Assembly: GCA_965240325.2 (NCBI GenBank)
Contig: OZ251246.1
Location: 496,001 to 560,000 of the forward strand
DNA from: Rebecca billardiae RCC1528
Lineage: Eukaryota; Protista; Haptophyta
Length of the DNA: 64,000 nucleotides
Reading direction: 5' to 3'
This document shows positions 16,473 through 27,272 of this stretch, piece by piece. Under the pieces are notes generated by a model. The model ran no database searches. It had not been told where the DNA came from and was given only the letters and a program-made list of their open reading frames with translations. Both the position numbers and the translations under genes were made by a program. The first letter of the stretch is position 1. Each line of letters opens with the position of its first letter.

Positions 16473-17457
16473 GTCTCGTCCGACTTAGTCTGCCTCACTG
16501 TGACTCACTGACAGTGAGTGAGTTAGACAGTATTCAGTAACTGCCGTCATTGATGCATTAATAAGGAGCAGGCAGGCAGCGCACTTCATCATCAGCCGAT
16601 GAGCAGTCTTATGACTTTCACTCTCACAGTCTCATCAGTCAGACCGTCTCACTGCTCCGTGGGCCAATGGCCGGCCGCCCGCGGTGACAGTGTCGTGGTG
16701 GCCACGAGGCACGCACCGTTGGCATTCGTGGCAACCGTTGCACTCGGAATGATCACTCAGATCAGTGCCGCACCCGCGCAACTACCGCGCTGCTGCTGCC
16801 TCCGCTGGGGCTGAAGCCAGATATCCAGCAGTCGTCGCCTGCCACGAGCAGCATCTGTGACTTCCGTCGCTGGCACTTGCTAGGCTCACCGCGACTGTCA
16901 TGTTTCTAGCCAAATCGAGCCTGCACCCGCAAGCCCCGGCCCAAGTTATGGCTCCCGCAATCGCTCGATCTGACGCTCCTGGATGATGCGCAGATGCGCG
17001 CCTCGTGGCGTCTCTACCGCGAGCGGTCGCGCATTGGGCGTCGCTCGTAAGCCACCGCCGCCGGTAGGCGTCGATCCCCCCACCACACCCTCGTCGACGT
17101 GCACGGCCCGAAGCATCATTCGATCCAGCGGTGCGCAGGCGCGCGCATTCACTCTTTCGCCGGGGCGCGGCAGCTGCCGAGCGGACTGACGTGGCACCGT
17201 GCGCGTGTGCGGTTGCCTGCTAAACGCACGCGCGAAGGACGGCACGTCCACGCCTCCTCGTGCGCTCCGTCGGTACGGGGCACGAGCCGGCGCGCAACAC
17301 GCGGCGCATCATGCAAGCGCGATCCTCGATCGCCGTCGCGCAAACACGGCCGCGTGGATTTGAGATGGGCGGAGCCGCCCGCGATAGGAGAGCGTCGCCC
17401 ACAATGTCCGAGTTCGCGCGTCCAGCGGTGACCCCCGTGCGCGCGCACACGGCGGGC

Positions 17458-17558
17458 AAGGTTCCAGGCCACGATACCTTTATCGCGCCTTTTACTCGAT
17501 CAAGCTGTGACTGGAATCTATGAAATCTTTATCCTATTTGTTGAACCCTCATGGGGAA
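17458..17558 (+). ncRNA. U5: U5 spliceosomal snRNA
   Basis: Invariant loop 1 GCCTTTTAC (17487-17495) is closed by an ATCG/CGAT stem. Outer stem AGGTTCCAG..CAC/GTG.CTGGAATCT. Sm-like site ATTTGTTG (17536-17543) and small 3' hairpin CCCTCATGGGG. Ends are approximate. Confidence 0.85.
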
Positions 17559-17760
17559 TAACTTGCGGAAAAGTGCCGTGGTGTCGACACGGAGGCGACG
17601 AGGCCGGTCCTGGTCCTGGAGGCTCGAGTCTGCAGCGGGCAGTGCCGGCAGAACGCCTTGAGGGTGGTGTCACTGAAGATACTATCAAACCGCCCAAGGT
17701 CGTAGCAGTAAGCAGGCAATCACTAATCAGCGTTGCCCGGATGTCGTCATCACCGCGTTT

Positions 17761-19107
17761 TCACAGTCCGATGCCGAGGGACAGCGTGGCCGCGGGCAGC
17801 GCGTCGCCCGACGGCAACGCCTCGTCAATGCGCTTCTGCAGCGCCGCCCACTGCTCGCGCAGGTCTCGCCAAAACCCCTCCGGCGTACCGGCGAGCGCCT
17901 CCTCGTCGAGCTCGGCGGCGCGTGCCTCGAGCTGCCGGAGCCATTCTGGCTCGGGCTCCGCGATGCGCCCGCCGGTGGCACCGGCGGCGGCAGCCTCCGC
18001 GTCGGCGCGGCCGCCGGTGCGGCAGGCGTCCGCGTACGCGCGCACGGCCTCGTACCCCGCGCGCACGAGCGACGCCTTCGTCCCCGCGCTGAGCCCGAAC
18101 TCGCCCGCGCCCACAAACGTTGTGTTGATGTCCACGACGTCAATCCGCGGCGCCGCTCCGCCGCCCGCGTCCGCGCGCGCGCCGACGAGCGCGCGCCACA
18201 GCCGCATCGCGCCGTCGTCGCCGGCGTCGGCGGCGTGCGCCGAGTGCGCCTGCCCGCGGTGGATCGAGTTCGCCGAGTCCGGCCCCCACATCATCGTGTC
18301 CACCACCTGCAGCGCAAACTCGCCGAGCGTGCGCACCTCGCGCTCGCCCGGCCGGCGCGCGAGCAGCAGGGCGAGCGTGCGGCCACCGTCGGGCGGCATG
18401 GCGGCGAACGCGTCGACGGGCAGGTTGCGCAGCAGCCCGCCGTCGACGTACAGCCGCCCGTCGATCTGGACGGGCGCGTAGAAGAAGGGCACCGCGGACG
18501 ACGCGCGCACCGCGCGCGCCACCGGCAGCGTCGGCGCACTCGTGTGGTCAAACCAAACCAGCGAGGCGTTTGTCACGCACGTTGCGGGGATGCGCAGCCG
18601 GATGCGCGTGAGGGCGTAGAGCTGGGCGAAGGTGACGTTGCGCACGCGCGCGCGCGCGGAGAGCAGCTCGTCGATCCGCGCCTCGAGCGCGTCCCCCTTG
18701 AAGAAGCCGAACCTCGTGAAGAGGCGCTCCAGATCCTTCACGCCGTTTCCGGAAGTGTCCGTGAGCTCTCCAAAGTCGATCGAGACGAGCGCGCCGATGA
18801 GCTCGCGGCCGGTGTACCCCGCCGCGAGGAGCGCGGCGACCTGCGAGCCCGCAGATGTGCCCGCGACGCCCGTGACCCCCGCGAGCTCGCCCGTCTCCTC
18901 GAGCGCCGCCGCCGCGCCGCCGTACGCCACGCCCTTCACGCCGCCGCCCTCAAAGACGAGTTTCGTCACGGGCGCGCAGCGCGCGGCGGCGGGCGTGGGC
19001 GAGGATGGGCCGCCGGGCGAGGAGAGGCGCAGATAGAGCCCGGCGCCGACGGCGAGCGCGAGCGCGAGCGCGCCGAGCGCGACGCGAGGGCCGCCCTGCG
19101 CGTCCAT
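17761..19107 (-). CDS. Patatin-like phospholipase with N-terminal membrane anchor
   Basis: GGGVKG, GTSAG (GxSxG) and DGG motifs. Intronless. Confidence 0.92.
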   Translation of the reverse strand: MDAQGGPRVALGALALALAVGAGLYLRLSSPGGPSSPTPAAARCAPVTKLVFEGGGVKGVAYGGAAAALEETGELAGVTGVAGTSAGSQVAALLAAGYTGRELIGALVSIDFGELTDTSGNGVKDLERLFTRFGFFKGDALEARIDELLSARARVRNVTFAQLYALTRIRLRIPATCVTNASLVWFDHTSAPTLPVARAVRASSAVPFFYAPVQIDGRLYVDGGLLRNLPVDAFAAMPPDGGRTLALLLARRPGEREVRTLGEFALQVVDTMMWGPDSANSIHRGQAHSAHAADAGDDGAMRLWRALVGARADAGGGAAPRIDVVDINTTFVGAGEFGLSAGTKASLVRAGYEAVRAYADACRTGGRADAEAAAAGATGGRIAEPEPEWLRQLEARAAELDEEALAGTPEGFWRDLREQWAALQKRIDEALPSGDALPAATLSLGIGL

Positions 19108-19286
19108 GCGCGCCGATCTACCGAACACGATCGAGACCGATGACCAGCAGGACTGACGGACTGTGCATCCGAGTGTCCCGAGAAAAGGACCATCTTGATG
19201 CTGGGCATTTGATGGTTCGACGACGATCAAAGATTCAAAGGACCATCAAATACCGCGGTCCTCTTCCGTCAGAACCAACGTACCAG

Positions 19287-19895
19287 TATGGAGCGCTCGT
19301 TGGAACTTGACGCCGGTTTGGCGCCCGCGCGGCGAGAGCGACGACGGGCGTACACGGGGCCCGCGGCGGCGGGAAGCGCGCGGGCGCGGCTGAGAACGGC
19401 ACGGTCCGGACGCCTCTCGCCAGCTGCGGACGCGCACCGCGCCTCCTCCTCGCACGCTGCTAACTTGATCCGGGTTAAACGGTGGTTTTGCTGCCGACCA
19501 GCTCAAGTTCCACGGCTGGTCAAGGTTCGGCTTGCGACCTCGCCGCTGGTGCTTGCAAGAAGGTACACGAGTTGGTCGAACTCCCGCGCACCCGCTCTGC
19601 GCTCGTCGACGCCCTCTGAAGGTGACTCGGGGTGCATGTGGGACAGTGGAATGCAGTGGTTCGGCGTTGCCTCTCAGCCGTACAGCGCGCAGGCCATGTA
19701 GCGCGGGTGTGGTGCGCGCATGGCCCGGTAATTCGGTCGCGGCATGTCTGTCTGGGCTGCCCAAGGCCTGCCGCACCGCGAAGCGAGCGCTCAGGAGCGT
19801 GTGCCGACCGTGCCAGCCCCGCCGAGATGGGGCACTTCGCTGGGAAATGCAGGGTCAAGTTCCACCCCCGCTCAAGTTCCAACGAGCGCTCCATA
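19287..19895. mobile_element. MITE, about 610 bp, with perfect 24-bp terminal inverted repeats
   Basis: TATGGAGCGCTCGTTGGAACTTGA (19287-19310) is the reverse complement of 19872-19895. TSD reads as TA or AGT. Internal TCAAGTTCCA copies at about 19503 and 19855. Confidence 0.85.
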
Positions 19896-20482
19896 GTTGG
19901 GGGCCCGCGGTGCAGCTGTGCCACCCGCTCCGTCACCGCCACGGCACGGCGTCACCCGTCGCATATGCCACCTCCGACCTCGCCATCGTCGCGCGGACTC
20001 GTCGCCGCTCGCAGATCAGCCTGTGGCTCTCGTGTCCGAGGCAGTCAGGCATCCGTCGTGCCCATCAGCGCCAGAGCTGGCTCTCAGTGGCACTGAGTGA
20101 GTGAGACTGACCGGCCGCTCACGGTCAGCGCGCGGTCCGAGCTCGCGCGCCAAACGCCCGCCCATGCGCCAGTGAAGCCGTCGAGACTCGAGACAGCTCG
20201 GATGCGGCGGACGCCGAGCAAAATCCATCACAGCTCGGCCATGGCGGCGCGAGCGAGGGCTTGGGCGAGCGAGATGGCCGGGGTGGCTGCTGGCATCCCC
20301 GGACAAAACGTCCAAGACTACCCGCTCACACCACGCCAACTGGATCAGGCGAAGTCTCCGCACTGCAGATCAGGCTCGGCGAGACTCGGCTGAACTAACG
20401 TCCTCGCGACTCCCCGCGCTTCAACACGCCGAGAATTCAGCTGCTCGGCGTGCGGGGTGGCGCGCGCGGGCGCGCGCATGGC

Positions 20483-20945
20483 CGGTCAGCTGGAAACACA
20501 GCGCGAGAAACTCGCCTCGCCCCCACGCGCCACGCGCACTTCGCACCCAGAATATCACACACGAGGAGCATCGTCCGATGAGTAAGCTACTCGGCAGCTT
20601 CACCGGTGAGTCAGCTCACGGCTGCGCAGTCAATAACATGATGAACTCGAGGGACACCCGATGCTGCTGTCGCCTGCAGAGTATGCCTGGATTCAGCACG
20701 CGTTAAGATGCCCCGCGGTCTCCTCCTCGTACCGTCGCCGACTGCTCTCCGCGCGCGGGCGTCGACGTCGATTCGTGTCCGCCGGTCGTGCTCGGTTGGA
20801 AACAGCACTGACAGGGCCGAAGAGGGATCGGCAGGGCGGGGGGCGGTCAGCGCTGGAAACAAAGTAGCGAGAAACGCGCCTATCTCGCTCCCACACGCCA
20901 TGCATGCGCTTTCGCACCCAGAATATCACCGGACACACGAGGAGC
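20483..20945. repeat. Degenerate about 90-100 bp direct repeat (20483-20569 and 20844-20945)
   Basis: Shared blocks CGGTCAG, CTGGAAACA, GCGAGAAAC, TTCGCACCCAGAATATCAC and ACACGAGGAGC occur in the same order. Confidence 0.8.
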
Positions 20946-21209
20946 CTGACTCGAGCGGTCGACAATGCGGAGCGTCTCACCTCACGTGCTCGGCCGAAGA
21001 GGCATCTGCAGGGCGCGGGTCGCGCGGGGGGACAGCAGGCACGACTGCAAGCGACGCCGACGACCGTCGGGATACCCGCCGCAGCCGCGCGCACGGCCGC
21101 GCACCTGCGCTGAGTCCGTCATCGGATTGAATGAACGATCATCGTGCGCTGCCGCTGCAGACACTATGACACTTATGACAGTCACAGTAGTGACAGTGAT
21201 AATATGTCG

Positions 21210-24050
21210 TTACGAATCGTCATCATCCGACGACAGATCCAAAGACCTGATTGTCCAATGGTCGTCGTCAGATTCAGCCGCAGTGTGACCTGTGTCGTCG
21301 CCGTGTGGTGGTACTGTTCGGAGGTCTGTGTCGTCGCAGTGTGGTGGTACTGTTCGGAGGTAACCTGCACCGTTGCATCTCTCGAGCAGCGGTCTCAAGA
21401 CCCCTGAGCTGCGACGCGCTTCTGAGCAGCCAGCATCGTCGACCAGGGCCCTGCTCGCCGTCACCACAGGCACGACCTGTGGCGGTTGCTGCCGTCCTGC
21501 ACCTGCTCCAGCCGCCATCGATGAGAATGGTAGTGCTGGCGCAACGGTGGTGTTGATGCCTGCTGGTAGTCCCTGGTCGTAGATGCCAGCCCAGCCAGGC
21601 GCAGCCCGGGTTGAGTCACCTGCATTGCCACACAGATGCTGCTCGCCCAGGGCCCAGGCACCACCATAACCATTGACCACCCAGTTGCCAACCGGATGGA
21701 TCGTGCCATATGGCGAGCGCCAGCGGACGGTGCTGACTGCGAGCAGTGGCATGCCGACTGCCACCAGTGGCGGCGGTGGCGATAGCAGCGGCGCGGCGTC
21801 CGGAACGGCGGCCATGTGGCCGCTGTGAGTGCGCCGTCGCTCCGCGGCGCGCCTGCGCTGGTCACCGGTGCCATGCTCCACTGCGACCAGCGGCGGCGGT
21901 GGCGATAGCAGCGGCGCGACGTCCACAACGGCGGCAATGTGGCTGCTGTGAGTGCGCCGTCGCTCCGCGGCGCGCCTGCGCTGGTCACATGTGCCATGCT
22001 CCACTGCGACCAGTGGCGGCGGTGGCGATAGCAGCGGCGCGGCGTCCGAAACCGCGGCAATGTGGCTGCTGTGAGTGTGCCGTCGCTCCGCTGCGCGCCT
22101 GCGCTGGTCACCGGTGCCATGCTCCACTGCGACCAGCGGCGGCGGTGGCGATAGCAGCGGCGCGGCGTCCACAACGGCGGCAATGTGGCTGCTGTGAGTG
22201 CGCCGTCGCTCCGCGGCGCGCCTGCGCTGGTCACCTGTGCCATGCTCCACTGCGACCAGCGGCGGCGGTGGCGATAGCAGCGGCGCGGCGTCCGAAACGG
22301 CGGCAATGTGGCTGCTGTGAGTGTGCCGTCGCTCAGCGGCGCGCCTGCGCTGGTCACCGGTGCCATGCTCCACTGCGACCAGTGGCGGCGGTGGCGATAG
22401 CAGCGGCGCGGCGTCCGAAACGGCGGCAATGTGGCCGCTGTGAGTGCGCCGTCGCTCAGCGGCGCGCCTGCGCTGGTCACCGGTGCCATGCTCCACTGCG
22501 ACCAGCGGCGGCGGTGGCGATAGCAGCGGCGCGGCGTCCGAAACCGCGGCAATGTGGCTGCTGAGAGTGCGCCGTCGCTTCGCGGCGCGCCTGCGCTGGT
22601 TAGCGGTGCCACGCTCCACTGCGACCACTGGCAGCAGTTGCGATAGCAGCTGCTCGACGTCCAAAACGGCGGCCATGTGGCTGCTGTGAGTGCGCCGTCG
22701 CTTCGCGGCGCGCGTGCCCTGGTCACCGGTGCCATGCTCCAGCCTGCGCCTGCGGACGCTCACCACGTTGACCATGCCGTCCAGCTTGTGCGTGGCGCAC
22801 CGGCTGGCGCGCGCATCGCCCGACATGCCAAAACAAGGCGCCTTGGTGCAGCCCACGTGATCACACTTGCGGTTCCGCACGTCGATCATGCCGGCCAGCT
22901 TGTGCGTAGCGCACCGGCTGGCGCGCTTCTCGCCCGGCATGCCGAACACAGGCTCCTTTGTGCAGCCCGCGTGATCACACTTGCGGCTCCTCACGTTGAC
23001 CATGCCGGCCAGCTTGTGCGTAGCGCACCGGCTGGCTCGCGCATCGCCCAACATGCCATAACACGGCGTCTTGAAGCAGCCCGCGTGATCGCACCTGCGG
23101 TGCTGCACGTTGACCATGCCGGCCAGCTTGTGCGTGGCGCACCGGCTGGCGCGCGCGTCGCCTGGCATGCCGAGTGAAGGATGCTTGGTGCAGCCCGCGT
23201 GATCGCACTTGCGGCTCACCACGTCGACCATGCCGGCCAGCTTGTGCGTAGCGCACCGGCTGGCGCGCGCGTCACCCGGCATGCCGAACACAGGCCCCTT
23301 GGTGCAGCCCGCGTCATAACACTTGCGGTACCTCACGTCCACCATGCCGGCCAGCTTGTGCGTAGCGCACCGGCTGGCGCGCGCTTCGCCCGGCATGCCG
23401 AACACAGGCCCCTCGGTGCAGCCCGCGTGATCACACTTGCGGCTCCTGACATCGATCATGCCGGCCAGCTTGTGCGTAGCGCACCGGCTGGCGCGCGCGT
23501 CGCCCGGCATGCCAAAACAAGGCGCCTTGGTGCAGCCCGCGTGATCACACTTGCGGCTCCTCACGTTGACCATGCCGGCCAGCTTGTGCGTAGCGCACCG
23601 GCTGGCGCGCTTCTCGCCCGGCATGCCGAACACAGGCCCCTTGGTGCAGCCCGCGTGATCACACTTGCGGCTCACCACGTTGACCATGCCGGCCAGCTTG
23701 TGCGTAGCGCACCGGCTGGCGCGCGCGTCGCCCGGCATGCCGAACACTTGCCCCTTGGTGCAGCCCGCGTGGCCACACTTGCGGTACCTCACGTCCACCA
23801 TGCCGGCCAGCTTGTGCGTAGCGCACCGGCTGGCGAGCGCTTCGCCCGGCATGCCGAACACAGGCCCCTCGGTGCAGCCCGCGTGATCACACTTGCGGCT
23901 CCTCACATCGATCATGCCGGCCAGCTTGTGCGTAGCGCACCGGCTGGCGCGCGCGTCGCCCGGCGGCGTAGCCCGGGTGGGCGGGTGGAAAAGACGAGCT
24001 CGAGCCCCGCGCGAGCCGCGACTCGAAGGCCCGACCCCCCCAACACTCAA
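21210..24050 (-). CDS. EsV-1-7-type cysteine-rich repeat protein plus a second 40-aa repeat array; start codon uncertain
   Basis: About 10.5 copies of the 38-aa unit RKCDHAGCTKxPxFGMPGDARASRCATHKLAGMVNV match the EsV-1-7 motif (C-x4-C...C-x2-H). The track start is not an ATG; the first ATG is near 23914. Confidence 0.75.
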   Translation of the reverse strand: MSVGGVGPSSRGSRGARARLFHPPTRATPPGDARASRCATHKLAGMIDVRSRKCDHAGCTEGPVFGMPGEALASRCATHKLAGMVDVRYRKCGHAGCTKGQVFGMPGDARASRCATHKLAGMVNVVSRKCDHAGCTKGPVFGMPGEKRASRCATHKLAGMVNVRSRKCDHAGCTKAPCFGMPGDARASRCATHKLAGMIDVRSRKCDHAGCTEGPVFGMPGEARASRCATHKLAGMVDVRYRKCYDAGCTKGPVFGMPGDARASRCATHKLAGMVDVVSRKCDHAGCTKHPSLGMPGDARASRCATHKLAGMVNVQHRRCDHAGCFKTPCYGMLGDARASRCATHKLAGMVNVRSRKCDHAGCTKEPVFGMPGEKRASRCATHKLAGMIDVRNRKCDHVGCTKAPCFGMSGDARASRCATHKLDGMVNVVSVRRRRLEHGTGDQGTRAAKRRRTHSSHMAAVLDVEQLLSQLLPVVAVERGTANQRRRAAKRRRTLSSHIAAVSDAAPLLSPPPPLVAVEHGTGDQRRRAAERRRTHSGHIAAVSDAAPLLSPPPPLVAVEHGTGDQRRRAAERRHTHSSHIAAVSDAAPLLSPPPPLVAVEHGTGDQRRRAAERRRTHSSHIAAVVDAAPLLSPPPPLVAVEHGTGDQRRRAAERRHTHSSHIAAVSDAAPLLSPPPPLVAVEHGTCDQRRRAAERRRTHSSHIAAVVDVAPLLSPPPPLVAVEHGTGDQRRRAAERRRTHSGHMAAVPDAAPLLSPPPPLVAVGMPLLAVSTVRWRSPYGTIHPVGNWVVNGYGGAWALGEQHLCGNAGDSTRAAPGWAGIYDQGLPAGINTTVAPALPFSSMAAGAGAGRQQPPQVVPVVTASRALVDDAGCSEARRSSGVLRPLLERCNGAGYLRTVPPHCDDTDLRTVPPHGDDTGHTAAESDDDHWTIRSLDLSSDDDDS
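21755..22740. repeat. 120-bp tandem repeat, 8 units (EHGTGDQRRRAAERRRTHSSHIAAVSDAAPLLSPPPPLVAV)
   Basis: Directly visible, near-identical units. Confidence 0.95.
22760..23962. repeat. 114-bp tandem repeat, about 10.5 units (EsV-1-7 motif)
   Basis: Directly visible. Confidence 0.95.
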
Positions 24051-24324
24051 CAGTGATTCTTAATTGGCGGCCGAATTCCTCTCCGAATGGTTCAATCACG
24101 GTTCAGGCTATGCTCTGCCACCAGCGCCGACTTCGTGTCGACGATCGGGCACTGCCGACGACGAATCAGGAGACCTGCGCCGTCCTACCTGTGTCGTTAA
24201 ATCATAGAATGAGTTTAGAGACGCACACACTCAGGCAAGCGACCCCACCCAAGGGCCGTCCCCACCGTCGTCCACAAAACGTCGTCGTCCGAACCGTCTC
24301 CCGGACTGGCCTGAGTGACTGGGC

Positions 24325-26054
24325 TAGGGGGGCCAAAGTGGCACTGTGACGTGACTGTCACTGACGGCTACGAGCGCTGGTCCTAGCGAGTGTTTAGCGC
24401 TGAATTGGGGCTGGATCATATGGGATATGCCCTCTGGAGGGGTCTGGGCCAGCCAAGTAAAAAAACCAGGTGCACATACCCTGAATATAGGGCGTAACGG
24501 CTAGCATATTTACTTATTAGATTGAGCCTGAACTTATTGGAAACGGCATGTAACGGCTGTCTTATATGTGACATATAGACCATGTCGACTTCACTTTGAT
24601 AGAGCATCTCGGCGAGATCGTTCTGAGTCCCCAGCAGCAGCAGGTCCCAACATGCGATATAGGCTGTGTACTGGCAGGCTGTCAAACACGTAGTTTCCCG
24701 GAAGCCACTGGTCGTTACATACCCACCGTGTATATAGACGCCATGCTGATGAATACAGTCTCGTCTGATCTCGAGCCGCGAGATACGTTTTCAGACTGTG
24801 TATACGGCCATGCGTACGGCGTATTGCAGACATAGTAGACCCAAAGCACCGGCCCCATGTCCTCAGCCCGGGAGTACTCTCGGTCATAATCAAGGTTTAA
24901 AGTCACTCGAGCCAACCGTCACCGCTCCATGGCCGAGACCTACGAGGCAGGTCAAATCTGTCGTCGTCGCAGTGCGGCACAGTGCCGAGCATGCGATTCG
25001 GCAGCAAACGCCTGCTCCAGGTGGTGGCTGGCGTCTCTGCACCAAACCAGGCCGGATGGGATCGGTCCATATATGTACGCCCTACCCTGTTCCGCGCTAT
25101 TCCTGGGCGTTGGGGCGGATATTCGGCCTACAGAGGCTGATCCGGCGCTGTTCGGCGCTCCTGTCTGGCTGCGCGGAGCCCAATGGCAAGCGCCGGCGTG
25201 TGCAAGGTGTCAAGATTGAGACGGTCTCTGACGCTCCCGCCGGTCTTAGGCGCACCACGGTGCATTGAGGCCCATCTGCGTCTGTTTCTGCAGGCATGCG
25301 CGTCACAGGGGCGCGCTTGTAGGCACGGTCGAGTGCACGTCGGACCTGTCGAATGAGCCATCCGCTGCCTGCGAGCACGTCCGCGACGTCCTGAGAGGCG
25401 AATGGGAGGCGCCCCGACGCCATCTGGGGGCACGCGTGACCCATACCCAACGTGCTGACCATCGCAAGTGCCACGGCAGGTGCAAACACGGGCCCTACGA
25501 GCGGAACATGACAGTTGCGGGCTCCGCGGAGGTGTTGCGCGCGAGCTCGCGCCGGTCTGCTGACGGCGATTCCGGCGCAGCAGGGCAGGTTAGGCGAGCT
25601 GGGCATCCACGGATACACATGAACACTTGGGGCGAGCATCGATCTGGCCGGGGCGAGTTGATCTTGAGCCACAAGGAGGGGTAGCGTGACGGGCGTACGC
25701 AGCGCAGCAATTCAAGCCGGCCGACGCGCGCCGCGCACGGCGCGAGGTGGCCAAGAACCGGGTGGTGAGCCGCTGGTGGCGCAAAGACAAGGGTCAGAAG
25801 CGCCCACCAGGGTCACGCGCGCGCGCTCCCGAGACCATCTCGGCGTATCATGGGACGCGAGCGCGCGGCGGTCCACTGCCTCCGGCCGCTCGTGCTCGAG
25901 CGGAACCGAGCTCTGAGCGCCCGAACGCGTCGGAGCTCGATTTTCGAGCGGGGTCCGAGAAAAAGGCTCCGCGCCACCCTAAAAGGCCGAGGGAGGAGCG
26001 AAAATGCGCCGCGGCTTTCATTTTCTTTTTTAAATGAGCGGTTTGGCCCCCCTA
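24325..26054. mobile_element. Non-autonomous DNA transposon (hAT-like TAGGG termini), 1730 bp
   Basis: TIR TAGGGGGGCCAAA (24325-24337) pairs with TTTGGCCCCCCTA (26042-26054). Direct repeat ACTGGGC lies immediately outside both ends. Interior is lower-GC with no intact transposase. Confidence 0.8.
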
Positions 26055-26275
26055 ACTGGGCGCCGATACGACAGCGCGCCGAGAGGACGAGGATGTACGC
26101 TAGATACGTAGTATGAAAGTGTGGAGCCCCGCTGTCGGTTGGGGAAGCTGTGAATCAAGCGCGGCATGTCGCATGATTGGGGTACAACTACTCAAGGGCG
26201 TACGTTCCTGGGTTCCTGCCACACGCGGCCTGTAAAAAGTGAAAAGCAAATATATATTCAAAATATGCACGTATA

Positions 26276-26689
26276 TTAACGACGTGGTATGCAACGGGCA
26301 GGCGTCAAAGTCAGCAAGCTGTAGCAGCATCAGATCGAGCAGCAGAGACAAACACCAGGATCAGCGCTCCTCGCCGTCGTCCCCCCCCCCCCCTCCCTCG
26401 TAGTCGCCCATCACTCCCGATCGCCGAGCGGAAGCTCGACGCACCGTCTGGCGTCGACGCGCGCGTGCCACCGCGGTGGTCGCGGTGCCACGCGTCGTCA
26501 GCCGTCGTCTCGAAGTAGTCGTCGTATGCAGCGCCCCCGCGTGCGCGTGCCCCCGGGCGCACGTGCGCCATGCGCGCGCGGGCGATGAGCATCTTGGCCT
26601 GGCCACGCAGGCAGCGCATGCCCAGCTCGCGCCGCATGGTGCCGAGCAGCGCGCGCTCGGCGGCGGGGCGCGAGGGCGCGCTGAGGCGC
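26276..26689 (-). mobile_element. 5'-truncated non-LTR retroelement fragment (RLE/CRE-like C-terminus)
   Basis: The last about 60 nt match 55278-55338. TA runs flank it. It encodes RRELGMRCLRGQAKML, resembling the terminal 'RLSxxLQRGNA' helix of RLE-type ORFs. Confidence 0.55.
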
Positions 26690-26705
26690 ATATATATATA
26701 TAAGA

Positions 26706-26903
26706 TAGGCGCTCGGCCGCGGCGGCATCTGCCGTCGCCGCCGCGTGCCCCAGGCCGAGGCGGTGCTCCATCCCGGCCCCGCTCCCGTAGGGGGGCAGGG
26801 CTGCGGGTGGCGCACTGTCTGACCTGGACGGAAGGCGCGGACGCATTCTATGTGTCTGTTGCACTCTGAGCCTGACGCTTGTCCGATGCTGCCACGTCGT
26901 TAA
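26706..26903 (+). mobile_element. Second, diverged 3' fragment of the same retroelement family, head-to-head with the first
   Basis: Ends CTGACGCTTGTCCGATGCTGCCACGTCGTTAA, versus CTGACGCCTGCCCGTTGCATACCACGTCGTTAA in the other copies. Starts at the TA run 26690-26702. Confidence 0.5.
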
Positions 26904-27272
26904 ATATAAGTCATAAGACCTACCTTATAGCCTGGGGGTTCTTTGCCTTTGTTCGTATTGATATTCATCATTAATGTACCCGCTTCAGTAAATGGAGGAA
27001 GCCGCGCCCGTTTCAATAATATTGGAAGACGACGGTTCGATTTATAATTATTGGCGTAGCGCTATATCAGACGGATAGTGTAATCGCCAATCTGGCACTG
27101 ACTGTCACTGACAGTGACTGAGTGGCAGCGGCGAGACGGCGCAACGGTGACAGCAGTCAGCCGATGACAGTGCTCGTGCGGTCGTGGAGAGCGGCGAGAC
27201 ACCAGGCCGCTGCCCTGACGGCCTCACTGGGCGACGCTACCCAGCAGCAGCCAGGCTCCCTCTGCGTGGGCC

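Noticed and set aside
21755-23962. Regular repeats as a CRISPR array
   Set aside because: Units are contiguous, in-frame coding repeats with no unique spacers, and the DNA is eukaryotic.
25978-25996. U2 snRNA-like CTCGGCCTTTT on the minus strand
   Set aside because: Not followed by GGCTAAGATCAAGTGTAGTA, and it lies inside a transposon end.
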